Shown: positions 54,274 to 63,300 of the stretch, piece by piece
How positions within the stretch are numbered: position 1 is the stretch's first letter
Layout: every line of letters starts with the position of its first letter
Assembly (NCBI GenBank): GCA_963776275.1
Contig: CAVZMI010000012.1
Location: forward strand, 1-64,000
DNA from: Ignavibacteriota bacterium
GTDB taxonomy: Bacteria; Bacteroidota; Ignavibacteria; UBA10030; CAVZMI01
DNA: 64,000 nucleotides
Direction: 5' to 3'
Position numbers and translations under genes: made by a program
Notes under the pieces: generated by a model
Seen by the model: the letters and a program-made list of their open reading frames with translations, nothing else
The model's database searches: none
Told to the model about the DNA's origin: nothing

Positions 54274-55785
54274 ATGAACGTTCGATCTGTCTGCAGAGTC
54301 ATTGTGCTGCCTGCTTTACTGCTTTTCTCCAAGTCGGAGTCATTCGCACAGGACGCGATTGCGCACGCGGGACAACAACTCATCAACCGTATTTACCGAG
54401 GTTTTCAACAACCGAGCTACGATGGCTCTTTTGACTTCACGATTACTGAAATCGTGCATTGTTTCGAGATAGGCTACCTCAATGTCGCAATTGACTTGAA
54501 TGGAGATAGCACAATTGACAGCTACTCAATTATGGGTGGTGGGACTCAAAATGAGTGGATCATCCGGAATATTCCTATTTCAATGACGACCGAGATATTT
54601 TCTGAACCGACCATAAGCGTCTGGTTTGATTTCAGTGACAACATCCCGATTCCCAGTACGGCAGATTACGCAATGATCATTACTGAGCAACCGGTGTCTA
54701 TCACTATGCCAATACAAATTGAGAAACTTTCAACGTGGGATCGATCTACAGCGGACATTGTCGGCGCGGACTGGGGAACACTCGACACTATGGGTCAGAA
54801 TCTGATCGAGTTCGCGCCGGTAACACCGCCCACCATTGGTGCTGGTCCAGTCATGTTGGAAAATCCTGGTCCGGGAGATAGCCTCGGTGTTCCCGACATA
54901 GCCCAGAAACTGAATGAGTGCGGCCCGACTTCAGCGGCCAACTCTTTGATTTGGTTGGCAAAAAAAAACAAATTCACCGACAAGCTACCCAAAAAGCAAG
55001 ACGGTTCCCTGGACACCAACCAGGTGATTCTGGACCTGATGAAAGCAATGACAGGATCTAACGCTCGCCCCTTTGGAGGAATACAGGAGAATCAGTTGTT
55101 TACAGGGAAGGAACAGTACATTCAGAATAAATCGCTGCCGTTATCAGTTGAGGGCGGCAAGTTGGACACGAATGCGCGAGGTGCAAAGACCTATGATTTC
55201 ATGGTGAAGCAGCTCACGAAGGGACAGGATGTCGAACTCCTAATTTTGTGGCCTGGTGGTGGTGGACACTGTGTTACTGTGACAGGTTATGCAATTGCTC
55301 TTGGAAGGGCATTTGTTTTCGTGCACGACCCAGACGACAAGAAAACCGCGAAAGTGGTCTGGGAATTCGCCGTCGATGGTACTGGCAGGGTCACCGGAGA
55401 CATTACTGCACCAAGGGCGTGCAAAGCGGCGTGGGCTGTCGCTGAATCGCCTAGTCCTGACGTAGGCATTGAAGCGCTGCCAAGTTTGCCGAAAGGGTTC
55501 GCGCTTTATGACAACTATCCGAACCCGTTCAATCCATCAACAATAATTTCTTTTGATCTACCGACACGATCATTTATATCGTTGAAGGTATTTGATTTGA
55601 TAGGAAGAGATGTGGCAACAATTGTCTCTGAAGAATTACCGGAAGGCAAATACACACAGCAATGGAATGCGGCAGGATTTCCAAGCGGAGTATATTTTTA
55701 CCGTTTATCCGCCTATCCTCTGGAAAGTCGAGACAGGCAGGCAGGTAAATTCACCGAGACGAAGAAACTTATTTTACTCAGATAG
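54274..55785 (+). CDS. Secreted papain-fold (C39-like) peptidase with T9SS C-terminal domain (cassette)
   Basis: Signal peptide; Q...ECGPTSAANSL, GHCVTVTG, HDPD; YPNPFNP...TKKLILLR. Confidence 0.75.
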   Translation: MNVRSVCRVIVLPALLLFSKSESFAQDAIAHAGQQLINRIYRGFQQPSYDGSFDFTITEIVHCFEIGYLNVAIDLNGDSTIDSYSIMGGGTQNEWIIRNIPISMTTEIFSEPTISVWFDFSDNIPIPSTADYAMIITEQPVSITMPIQIEKLSTWDRSTADIVGADWGTLDTMGQNLIEFAPVTPPTIGAGPVMLENPGPGDSLGVPDIAQKLNECGPTSAANSLIWLAKKNKFTDKLPKKQDGSLDTNQVILDLMKAMTGSNARPFGGIQENQLFTGKEQYIQNKSLPLSVEGGKLDTNARGAKTYDFMVKQLTKGQDVELLILWPGGGGHCVTVTGYAIALGRAFVFVHDPDDKKTAKVVWEFAVDGTGRVTGDITAPRACKAAWAVAESPSPDVGIEALPSLPKGFALYDNYPNPFNPSTIISFDLPTRSFISLKVFDLIGRDVATIVSEELPEGKYTQQWNAAGFPSGVYFYRLSAYPLESRDRQAGKFTETKKLILLR

Positions 55786-55794
55786 GGCAACTGA

Positions 55795-55820
55795 AACTAA
55801 CAGTTGTAATTTCGCCAACG
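55795..55820 (+). other. Truncated left half of an attC-like site
   Basis: AACTAAC 9 bp after the stop codon, matching the cassette start G(C)TAGTT at 54105; abuts module copy 3. Confidence 0.5.
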
Positions 55821-56137
55821 TTGGAAAGAACCGTATCGCGAAGGAATCGTTTATTATCTGAATGATCAGCATGTTTGCGGAGTGCTCCTGTGGAATACAT
55901 GGGGACAGGTAGACGCCGCGTGCAGTCTGATAGTTGAAAAATGTCCGTTCAACCCAATCAATGTTGTTGGGAGATTACCTGAAAAAAAAGTCCCCTCTCT
56001 TATAGAGAGGGGTGGACGACAGAAGGTCGGCCGGGGTGTGTAAGATAGCGCATTACACTCCCACCCCCATACTTGCTTTTTACCCCCGCCCTTCTTATAC
56101 TCTTCGCAGTACCTCTTGAGATGCAATAAAGATATAC
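55821..56137 (+). repeat. Module copy 3: longer oxidoreductase 3' fragment and promoter; attI-like end missing
   Basis: Homologous to 47592-47949; TTGCTT-N17-TATACT (56073-56101). Confidence 0.9.
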
Positions 56138-56192
56138 AAACAATTGTTTTGAACAATAGATGTTGCTGGGAAAATAATAATAAGGTATTAAA

Positions 56193-56474
56193 ATGTATGA
56201 CCGCATTCTTCACCGAATGAAAGAAAAAATTCGCACCCGGCAATATGTCATGACGATTCACGCCGAGGAGGAGAAGGATGCAGATGGATTGGGTATTTTG
56301 GATGTTGAAAACTGTATCCTGACGGGACAGATTGTGGGGCGATAGAAAGATAAAGTTACCTCAGAATGGAAGTACCGCATCACGGGTAAAAGTATGTCCG
56401 GGCATAGAATGGAGTTAATTGTTAAAATTAGTCCAACTGGAAAATTGGTAATAATTACAGTATATTTATCTTAA
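56193..56474 (+). pseudogene. DUF4258-type putative toxin with an internal TAG
   Basis: MYDRILHRMKEKIRTRQYVMTIHAEEE...LTGQIVGR*KDK...KLVIITVYLS; TAG at 56343-56345; not in the ORF track. Confidence 0.75.
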
Positions 56475-56496
56475 TAGACAAAAGCAGAAATATATT

Positions 56497-56724
56497 ATGA
56501 AATGTGACATTTGCGGCAAAGACGGTGCGAAAGTAAGACGGGTGGCTCGCACCTACGGCAAAGGGAAACGATTGTTAGTCATCGAGAATGTGCCTGTAGT
56601 GTCGTGTCCTAACTGTGGTGAAAGCTACTTGACTGCTGAGACCCTTCATGAAATAGAGCGACTCAAGGCACATCAGAAAAGTCTGGCCTCAGAACGACGG
56701 GTACGGACTTTAGCATATGCCTAG
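56497..56724 (+). CDS. YgiT/MqsA-type zinc-finger protein (putative antitoxin)
   Basis: MKCDICG...VIENVP...CPNCGESY. Confidence 0.85.
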   Translation: MKCDICGKDGAKVRRVARTYGKGKRLLVIENVPVVSCPNCGESYLTAETLHEIERLKAHQKSLASERRVRTLAYA

Positions 56725-56761
56725 GACCCGCGTTGACTGAGCGTAGCACGCTGTACTTCAA

Positions 56762-56851
56762 TCCCGCTTCCCGTTCATGGGAAGCGGGACTTTCTGTCAC
56801 TTTCTTTTTCTAAAAGAAAGTGACACTTGTGTCGAGCATCAGTCGAGACAC
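56762..56851. repeat. Compound hairpin block (copy at 59365-59454; partial copy at 57181-57215)
   Basis: TCCCG.TTCCCGTTCATGGGAAGCGGGA-CTTTCTGTCACTTTCTTTT..AAAAGAAAGTGAC-ACTTGTGTCGAGCATCAGTCGAGACAC. Confidence 0.9.
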
Positions 56852-57030
56852 TAGTGCCTTGGCAACCATTAAATTTTACAAATGAGTTTGTTTTTGTGGA
56901 GGAGATGCTTCTATATTGTTTTTTCCATAGTAAAAAAATCCTCGAGGACAAAATCGCTGGAGCGCGGCGGGAAGAAGGGGGGGCGTGTGTAGGCGCCATT
57001 TTGTGCGTTTCGATCGAGGCATATGGAAAG

Positions 57031-57454
57031 ACATATAATAAGGCCGAGATCGACGGATTCGCGATTGCCATTTTAATAGCGTGTGAAGGAGGCCACTTCA
57101 CGCGGGTTGCGATTTTGTCAGCGCATATTAACGAACTTAGAATTTATTACCAGTGCGCAGTACCTTTAGGTGCAGGCTTTCTTTCTGTCACTTTCTTTTC
57201 CTAAAAGAAAGTGACCCCCTACCCCCATACTTGCTTTTCACCCCCGCTCTTCTTATACTCTTCGCAATACCTCTCAAGATACTATGAAGATGTACAATTG
57301 TATATACTTAACCGGTTACAGTCAAAAGAAATGAAAACGCTATCCCGATTTATGGGGACTACTTTGTGGTACGGTGAAACAGTCCCGCTTCGCCGTCCTA
57401 AAGGACTGCTACGCTGAGCTCAGCGAGGCGAGACCGTTTCACGGTATTGCGTTG
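57031..57454 (+). repeat. Module copy 4 with an alternative upstream segment shared with copy 5
   Basis: 57031-57110 resembles 59243-59325; TTGCTT-N17-TATACT (57231-57259); ends CGGTATTGCGTTG. Confidence 0.88.
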
Positions 57455-57483
57455 CTTGCGGTGTTTAGGAGATCGTTAAGGAC

Positions 57484-58311
57484 ATGATCGCATACCTCAT
57501 CTTGGTGCATCGGTATCCCGGCCAGTTCAAAAGACTCTTTAGGGCAATTTACCATCCCGCCAACTACTACTTGGTACATGTGGATAAGAGATCAGGCATT
57601 GGATTACAGACGGAGATACAAGATTTCTTGTCAAGCTTTGCCAACGCATCCTTGCTGAAAAGCCAAAGCACTCTTTGGGGGGGATACAGCCTGGTAGATG
57701 TTGAATTACGAGGCATCGAGGAGTTATTGAAGATCGGCTCGGAATGGGAATTCTTCATAAACCTTAGCGGACAGGATTTCCCACTAAAGTCGCAGACGCA
57801 CATCCAAGACTTTCTTAGTCGCAATATAGGAAACGATTTCATCAGGGTGGCTAACCAGAGCAAGATACGCCCTGATACACTATCTCGAATCGAGAACTAC
57901 TGTATCGAATTTAGCAACAGGATACTACGCACTTTTATCAAGCGACCGTATCTTCGAGGCGTGACGCCTTATATCGGAAATCAGTGGATGATCTTTAGTA
58001 GGAAGTTCTGTGAATATATATGCTGCAGCCCTGAGCTCGAAAGGTTCAAGAGATTCTATCGGCACACCTTCATATCTGATGAAGGATTCTTTCAGACGGT
58101 AATAATGAACACTAGCTACAAGGCAACTATCGTGAACGACGATAAAAGGACAATTGTGTGGGTGCCGATGGGAACAATAAAGTTACGTCCGAGAGACTTC
58201 ACATCCAAAGACGCCGAATTCTTGCTAGCAAGTCAAGGCTTGTTTGCCCGCAAATTCGACGAAACCGTTGATGCAGGAATCTTGAGTATATTGGAGTCGA
58301 ATCTATCGTAG
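57484..58311 (+). CDS. Core-2/I-branching beta-1,6-N-acetylglucosaminyltransferase (GT14) (cassette)
   Basis: IAYLILVH, HVDK, WGGYSLV, INLSGQDFPLK, G.QW..SR, DEGFFQT, LFARKFD. Confidence 0.9.
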   Translation: MIAYLILVHRYPGQFKRLFRAIYHPANYYLVHVDKRSGIGLQTEIQDFLSSFANASLLKSQSTLWGGYSLVDVELRGIEELLKIGSEWEFFINLSGQDFPLKSQTHIQDFLSRNIGNDFIRVANQSKIRPDTLSRIENYCIEFSNRILRTFIKRPYLRGVTPYIGNQWMIFSRKFCEYICCSPELERFKRFYRHTFISDEGFFQTVIMNTSYKATIVNDDKRTIVWVPMGTIKLRPRDFTSKDAEFLLASQGLFARKFDETVDAGILSILESNLS

Positions 58312-58336
58312 CCATTTTAACTTATCACGAAGGGCG

Positions 58337-58475
58337 GGCTAACACGCGGCTGGAGCCGACCGCCGGAGCGTACGGGTTTAGAGACTTTGGTGCATTCTTC
58401 ACCGCAACGCAACGAACACATAACAACCAAAACACCGACGCTCAATCTTCCCGCCAGAAAGCGGCGGGACACAGA
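58337..58475 (+). other. Two left-half attC-like remnants
   Basis: GGCTAAC-ACGCGGCTGGAGCCGACCGCC at 58337 and ACATAAC-AACCA at 58418, the latter followed by a TCCCGCC...GGCGGGACA hairpin. Confidence 0.5.
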
Positions 58476-58527
58476 AAACGTGTTTGATATGAATTTGCGC
58501 CACTAGAAGGTATGAGTGACGGGTGGA

Positions 58528-58836
58528 TTATGCCATCATACGGGAGAGTGTTCTTCGCGATGCTCCAAGAGTCAACAATGAACGAATAAGCAAATCCAAT
58601 GAAACCGATGGATCGCCCGATTCCATTTTCGCTACTCTTGACTGGCTGGATTTTATCATCTTCGCGAGTTTTTCTTGTGTTATTTTTTTCTGTCGACGGG
58701 TATTCTGAAGATTCTTACCCAACAATAATTTCAACTCGACATAAGCAACTTCTTCCGGTGAAAGGTTCAAGAATTCTTTTGCATCTCCAATCACCCAGCC
58801 TTTATTTTCGAGACGTTTTTTCTTATTATTATTCAT
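58528..58836 (-). CDS. XRE-HTH antitoxin (HigA-like)
   Basis: TQEKLAKMIKSSQSRVAKMESGDPSVSLDLL. Confidence 0.88.
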   Translation of the reverse strand: MNNNKKKRLENKGWVIGDAKEFLNLSPEEVAYVELKLLLGKNLQNTRRQKKITQEKLAKMIKSSQSRVAKMESGDPSVSLDLLIRSLLTLGASRRTLSRMMA

Positions 58837-58851
58837 GGTTATACTCCATTT

Positions 58852-59181
58852 TTAGTTATCATACACTCGCATTCTACGCTTACAATTATCAATAACGCTT
58901 TTCGGAGTGCGCTGTGCTTTCTTCTCAAATACTTCCAATATCACAATTGCATCCGGATCAATTCGATATACAATGCGCCAGATTTTTTCTCGATCATTTA
59001 TTCGTAGTTCATGACACCGTACACCTATTCCAGGCATCGGTCGCGAATGGGGTAATGTCAGATGAATACCCATTTGGAGCTGTCGTAATAAATACCCAGC
59101 ATCAATACGAGCAGCGCTAGATAACGGCGGAGTTTTTATCTCGCCGTGTAACCAAACGATCGGTTTATCATGACTTTTCAT
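58852..59181 (-). CDS. RelE/HigB-like (Gp49-type) toxin
   Basis: LPHSRPMP.IG..CHELRI...WRIVY, F.KK.Q.TP; toxin-first order. Confidence 0.88.
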   Translation of the reverse strand: MKSHDKPIVWLHGEIKTPPLSSAARIDAGYLLRQLQMGIHLTLPHSRPMPGIGVRCHELRINDREKIWRIVYRIDPDAIVILEVFEKKAQRTPKSVIDNCKRRMRVYDN

Positions 59182-59189
59182 GCATGTTC

Positions 59190-59218
59190 AATATATGTCA
59201 TTTTTGACATAATGTCAA
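59190..59218 (-). promoter_or_regulatory. Toxin-antitoxin promoter with an overlapping palindromic operator
   Basis: Minus strand TTGACA-N17-TATATT; TATGTCA-N4-TGACATA palindrome overlapping the spacer. Confidence 0.8.
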
Positions 59219-59242
59219 ATAAGTAGTGCGTTATTTTGCGAC

Positions 59243-59608
59243 ACATATAATAAGGCCGAGATCGATGGATTCGCGGTTGCCATCGCAACAGCGCGTGAAG
59301 GAAGCCACATCAAGAAGCGGGTTGCTGGGCCAGAGGCCCATCCGCCTTTGGCGGAGATTTTGTCTCCCGATTCCCGTTCATGGGAAGCGGGACTTTCTGT
59401 CACTTTCTTTTTTTAAAAGAAAGTGACACTTGTGTCGAGCATCAGTCGAGACACCACCCCCATACTTGCTTTTTACCCCCGCTCTGCTTATACTTTTCGC
59501 AGTACCTCTCGAGATACGATGAAGATGTACGATAGTCAAAAGAAATAAAAACGCTATCCTGATTTATAGGGGCTACTTCGTGGTATTGAGTTGTTACGTG
59601 AGTTAGCC
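59243..59608 (+). repeat. Module copy 5: promoter, shortened leader and attI-like site
   Basis: TTGCTT-N17-TATACT (59466-59494); ends GGTATTGAGTTGTTACGTGA-GTTAGCC. Confidence 0.88.
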
Positions 59609-59639
59609 ACCATTGGTCACTTTGGAAGGGATAATCTCG

Positions 59640-60137
59640 ATGGAAACTATACAGAGCCAGTCATCAACCCTGATATCAGGATGGAGTATTTCTATTCCTG
59701 TTTCAACATACCTTCTTTATTGTGCAATGGTATCTGTTGCAGTAAGGATAGTTCTGTCTACTTTCAAGGCCCTCGCAATCTCCGGCGGTGAGCACTTGGA
59801 CGCAAGTGATATGACTCCTTCCAAAGCCGGGGACAATTCTATTATTGATGCATCTTTTGGCAAACGGTGGTTGACTGCTTTCTGGGGATTCTCAAGTCAT
59901 AGGAATATCCGGGACTATTGGCTACCTGCGATCATCGGGTTCTGCGAAATGGCTGCATACCCTGTGTTGCTTTTCACGAACGAAGCTGCTGTGATAGGCG
60001 GTTGGCTTGCCATCAAAACAGCTGGACAGTGGGGCGTATGGGAGAGATCACGCACTGCTTTCAATAGGTTCCTCGTCGGAAACCTGGTGGTGCTTGCCAT
60101 TTCGTTCTTCTGGTTACTTCGATACATTTCACGGTGA
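59640..60137 (+). CDS. Hypothetical membrane protein (cassette)
   Basis: Several hydrophobic segments; IG..E, GGWLA.KT, R..FN.FL.GN. Confidence 0.7.
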   Translation: METIQSQSSTLISGWSISIPVSTYLLYCAMVSVAVRIVLSTFKALAISGGEHLDASDMTPSKAGDNSIIDASFGKRWLTAFWGFSSHRNIRDYWLPAIIGFCEMAAYPVLLFTNEAAVIGGWLAIKTAGQWGVWERSRTAFNRFLVGNLVVLAISFFWLLRYISR

Positions 60138-60155
60138 TTGAACGTGACCAACGGC

Positions 60156-60287
60156 AGCTAACACCGAAAAACTACGACATTCACTTTGTCGATAGTATTG
60201 AGTTGAGTTCACTCCACACTTTTGCTCACATCGAATGAATCATTAATAGTTCGCAAAAGTACGGCGTAGTGCTTACACACATTGTGC
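60156..60287 (+). other. Degenerate attC-like site
   Basis: AGCTAAC..ACTACG ... CGTAGT..ACAC-ATTGTGC; shares the ACGA..TCACTTT and ACGGCGTA motifs with the 53980 site. Confidence 0.62.
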
Positions 60288-60344
60288 GCAATGCCTGCAT
60301 TAAGAAAAAGAGTTAGAGTTCAATGTAGAAATAACGAGATTACC

Positions 60345-63300
60345 ATGAAAATAAATCTGGCCATTTTTATTGCCTCAATATTTTTATTATTGTTTCCAAA
60401 GCTTTTGTTTGCACAATCCCTGGTTGACCCTGTAACAGAGGAAGAAATCAATCTTGTGAAAAGTTTTGCTAATGAAATATGTCCTAGCCTTTCTTATCCT
60501 TGGTGCCAGCTTCTCACAATTACTGACCATCTTGAGGATATAAAAGATATAATTGAAAATGCCGTGAAAATTAAAGAGATTGCCCAAATACAACGTGAGA
60601 CAAATTCTGGTGAAAGGTTTGAAAATTGTAACAGATACAATAGAGGTGTTCAATTAATTTTTTACCTCTGGCAAACGTCAGTCAAATCTGTTCCACAACT
60701 ATTTCCTCTAATAGGAATAGAAGCTTCTGAATTGGCTTCGGCAACTCTTTCTGCATCAATTTTTCAGGTTTCAATGGTGTGGGAGGTACAGCGTACAGTA
60801 TTATCTCATGGGATTAATAATTTAAAAGGTGGTTTACAACTATATGATTTCGCTATTTATGAAACAAATATACTTTTTGAGGATGTAAGTAATGGTGGAT
60901 TTGATATTGCAGAGCAGGCATTGATCAATGACTTTGAGTTGCATGCATGGCCTCATCAAGCGAATGCGGGTAACGTTTCGTACCCGGGAGTGGATACCCA
61001 CAGCGTCTATGAATGGCAGCATGGTTCGGCTTCAATACGATATAGTCGAATTATAACTTTCAACGGCATGATAGATAATGTAGCACAATTTGTATTCTCA
61101 TTATATTTTTACAACTCAAGCAGTAGTGATCTTAATGATAGTGTTTTTATTGCATTGGTCGATGACAATGGCAATATAATAACCGGATTGAAAGAGAGAC
61201 TCCCCATATGGCAGTTTACTGCGAAATCCTTCGGAAACGATGCTAATTTTCAGAAAATATCTCTCCCTTTTTATATTCCGATGATTGAAATGGCGAAATT
61301 TTCTAATAATGGAAGAGTGAAAATTGATTTTGGATATAATGGTATTGAGGATAATAGTGTGTCTCTTGCTTTGCCTAAGATTCAATCGAATATGGTTGGG
61401 CTGACGATTCATGCAACGAAAGGTCGGCAAGCGAGTGTAACATTTAATATATCTTGCGGTGGAAGTAAAAACGCAGGAGATATAAGATCCTATCCATTCA
61501 ACGTTAGAAAAAATAACTCGTTACTTGCTGATAGCTGGTTTGCACAATCATCACCACTTAAGGATTTAAAATTGGGTGAAACAAGATGGGTAACGATTTT
61601 TATCAATGTTCCAAGTGATGCGGAAACAGGTAGCTATCAAGGTGAATATATAGCAGAGGCTTCTGGAGGAGGAATTCTTTTCCTGCCAACCAATATAACA
61701 ATATCACAAGATAATGTAGAACCAGGGACGATTACAAATCTCCAGGCACAAACTGGAGGAAAGGGAGAAATAAAACTTTCTTGGACTGCATCGGGAGATG
61801 ATGGATACTTGGGTAAAACAACTTCCTATACATTAAAATATTCAACGAACTTTTTAAACGAATCAACTTGGAATAGTGCGATAGAAGTATCAGCACCTCC
61901 CACACCTCAATCAGCTGGTAGCAGTGAATCATTCTCTATAAGTAACTTAACACCGGCTCAACTTTATTATATTGGCATCAAAGCAAAAGATGCTGCTGGC
62001 AACTTTTCTAGTCTGTCCAATATCACGAGTGCAAACGCTGGAATAAATCCCGCTGAAGATACTGTGCATGTAATTATTCCTACTGGCGGTGATAGCAGCT
62101 CGTATACTCTAAAATTTGATTGCGTTGATCTCAATCAAGTTTCCTATTTTACGCTTGGATACGATAATGACACAAACAGTTCAACTTACCATAACATCGT
62201 ACAATGGCAAACACAAAGTGCAACTGTCTGTAGTTATTCTTGGGATGTAGGTTCTGTGCCAGAGGGAAATTATTATATTCTTTCGATAATATCAAAGCCT
62301 GCGTCTCCGCAAGCTATTGTAAAGTACAGTCAGACGAAGATAACGATAAGCCATGGCAACGATAGCAGTTATGAACCGAATGACGACATAGAGCATGCCT
62401 GGGGGCCTATCGTAAGTGGAGAGAATATTTATTCCATGTTATCGATCGTGAATGATAGGGATTACTTCTATTTTTGGCCAGGATCAAATACCCACATAAG
62501 TGGCTTACTCTTTATTCCAGTTGGAAGTCAATACGATGCTAGTATTATGAATACAGGTACTACAATTAACAATACCTCAACTTACCATAATAATGGTAAT
62601 TACGTAGACTTTAGTGCCGATGTTGTAAATAATGTCTCAGGACCTGTCTATGTGGGAATAAGTCCGATCCTCCCATTTGGTCCAACATCCCAGTACAGAA
62701 TAATAGTAAATTGTACTTCAAGAGTTTTTCAACCATCTTGTTATGCAATAGTAAATATAACAAGTCCGACCCATTGGCAAAAAACATTACCATTTACTAT
62801 AGACATCCATTCTTTAAATAACGATGCTGTGAAGTTCGATATTCAATATCGAGATGATTTAGATAATGATTGGCATTTCCTTTATACAAGATTAGACCCA
62901 ATATCAGCCCAAAGAAAGCCATTCCTTTTTGCACTTGATGGACACAATTATCATTTTCGAGCGCGGGGGATTGATCCGATTGGTGGCGAAGGCCCGTTTA
63001 CCGAGTCACCTTTTGGAGTTGTCACAATTGATCTGACTCCTCCAACTTCTGCCGTCGATCCATTAAAAGAATTTCAAACACAACCAAATTTTCCTGTGTC
63101 GTGGAAAGGCTCGGATGCAACATCTGGTATTATGAGTTACAAAGTTCAATATCGAAAGAATGATGGAGGCTGGGTAGATTGGATAATATCAACTTCTGAT
63201 ACTGTGAGAACTTTCGGGATTTCTGTTGATGCATCTATGAAATACAATGACAAATATGATTTTCGTTCAATAGCAGCGGATTCTGCTGGCTGGGCTGAGA

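Noticed and set aside
47592-55990. Repeated oxidoreductase 3' ends as DGR template and variable repeats
   Set aside because: Differences are not confined to adenines, the homology extends far into non-coding DNA, and no reverse transcriptase is present.
52971-59426. ORFs 52971-53489, 55866-56261, 56775-57101, 56827-57204, 57211-57417 and 59215-59426
   Set aside because: They overlap repeat modules or real genes, and the frames are not conserved between module copies.
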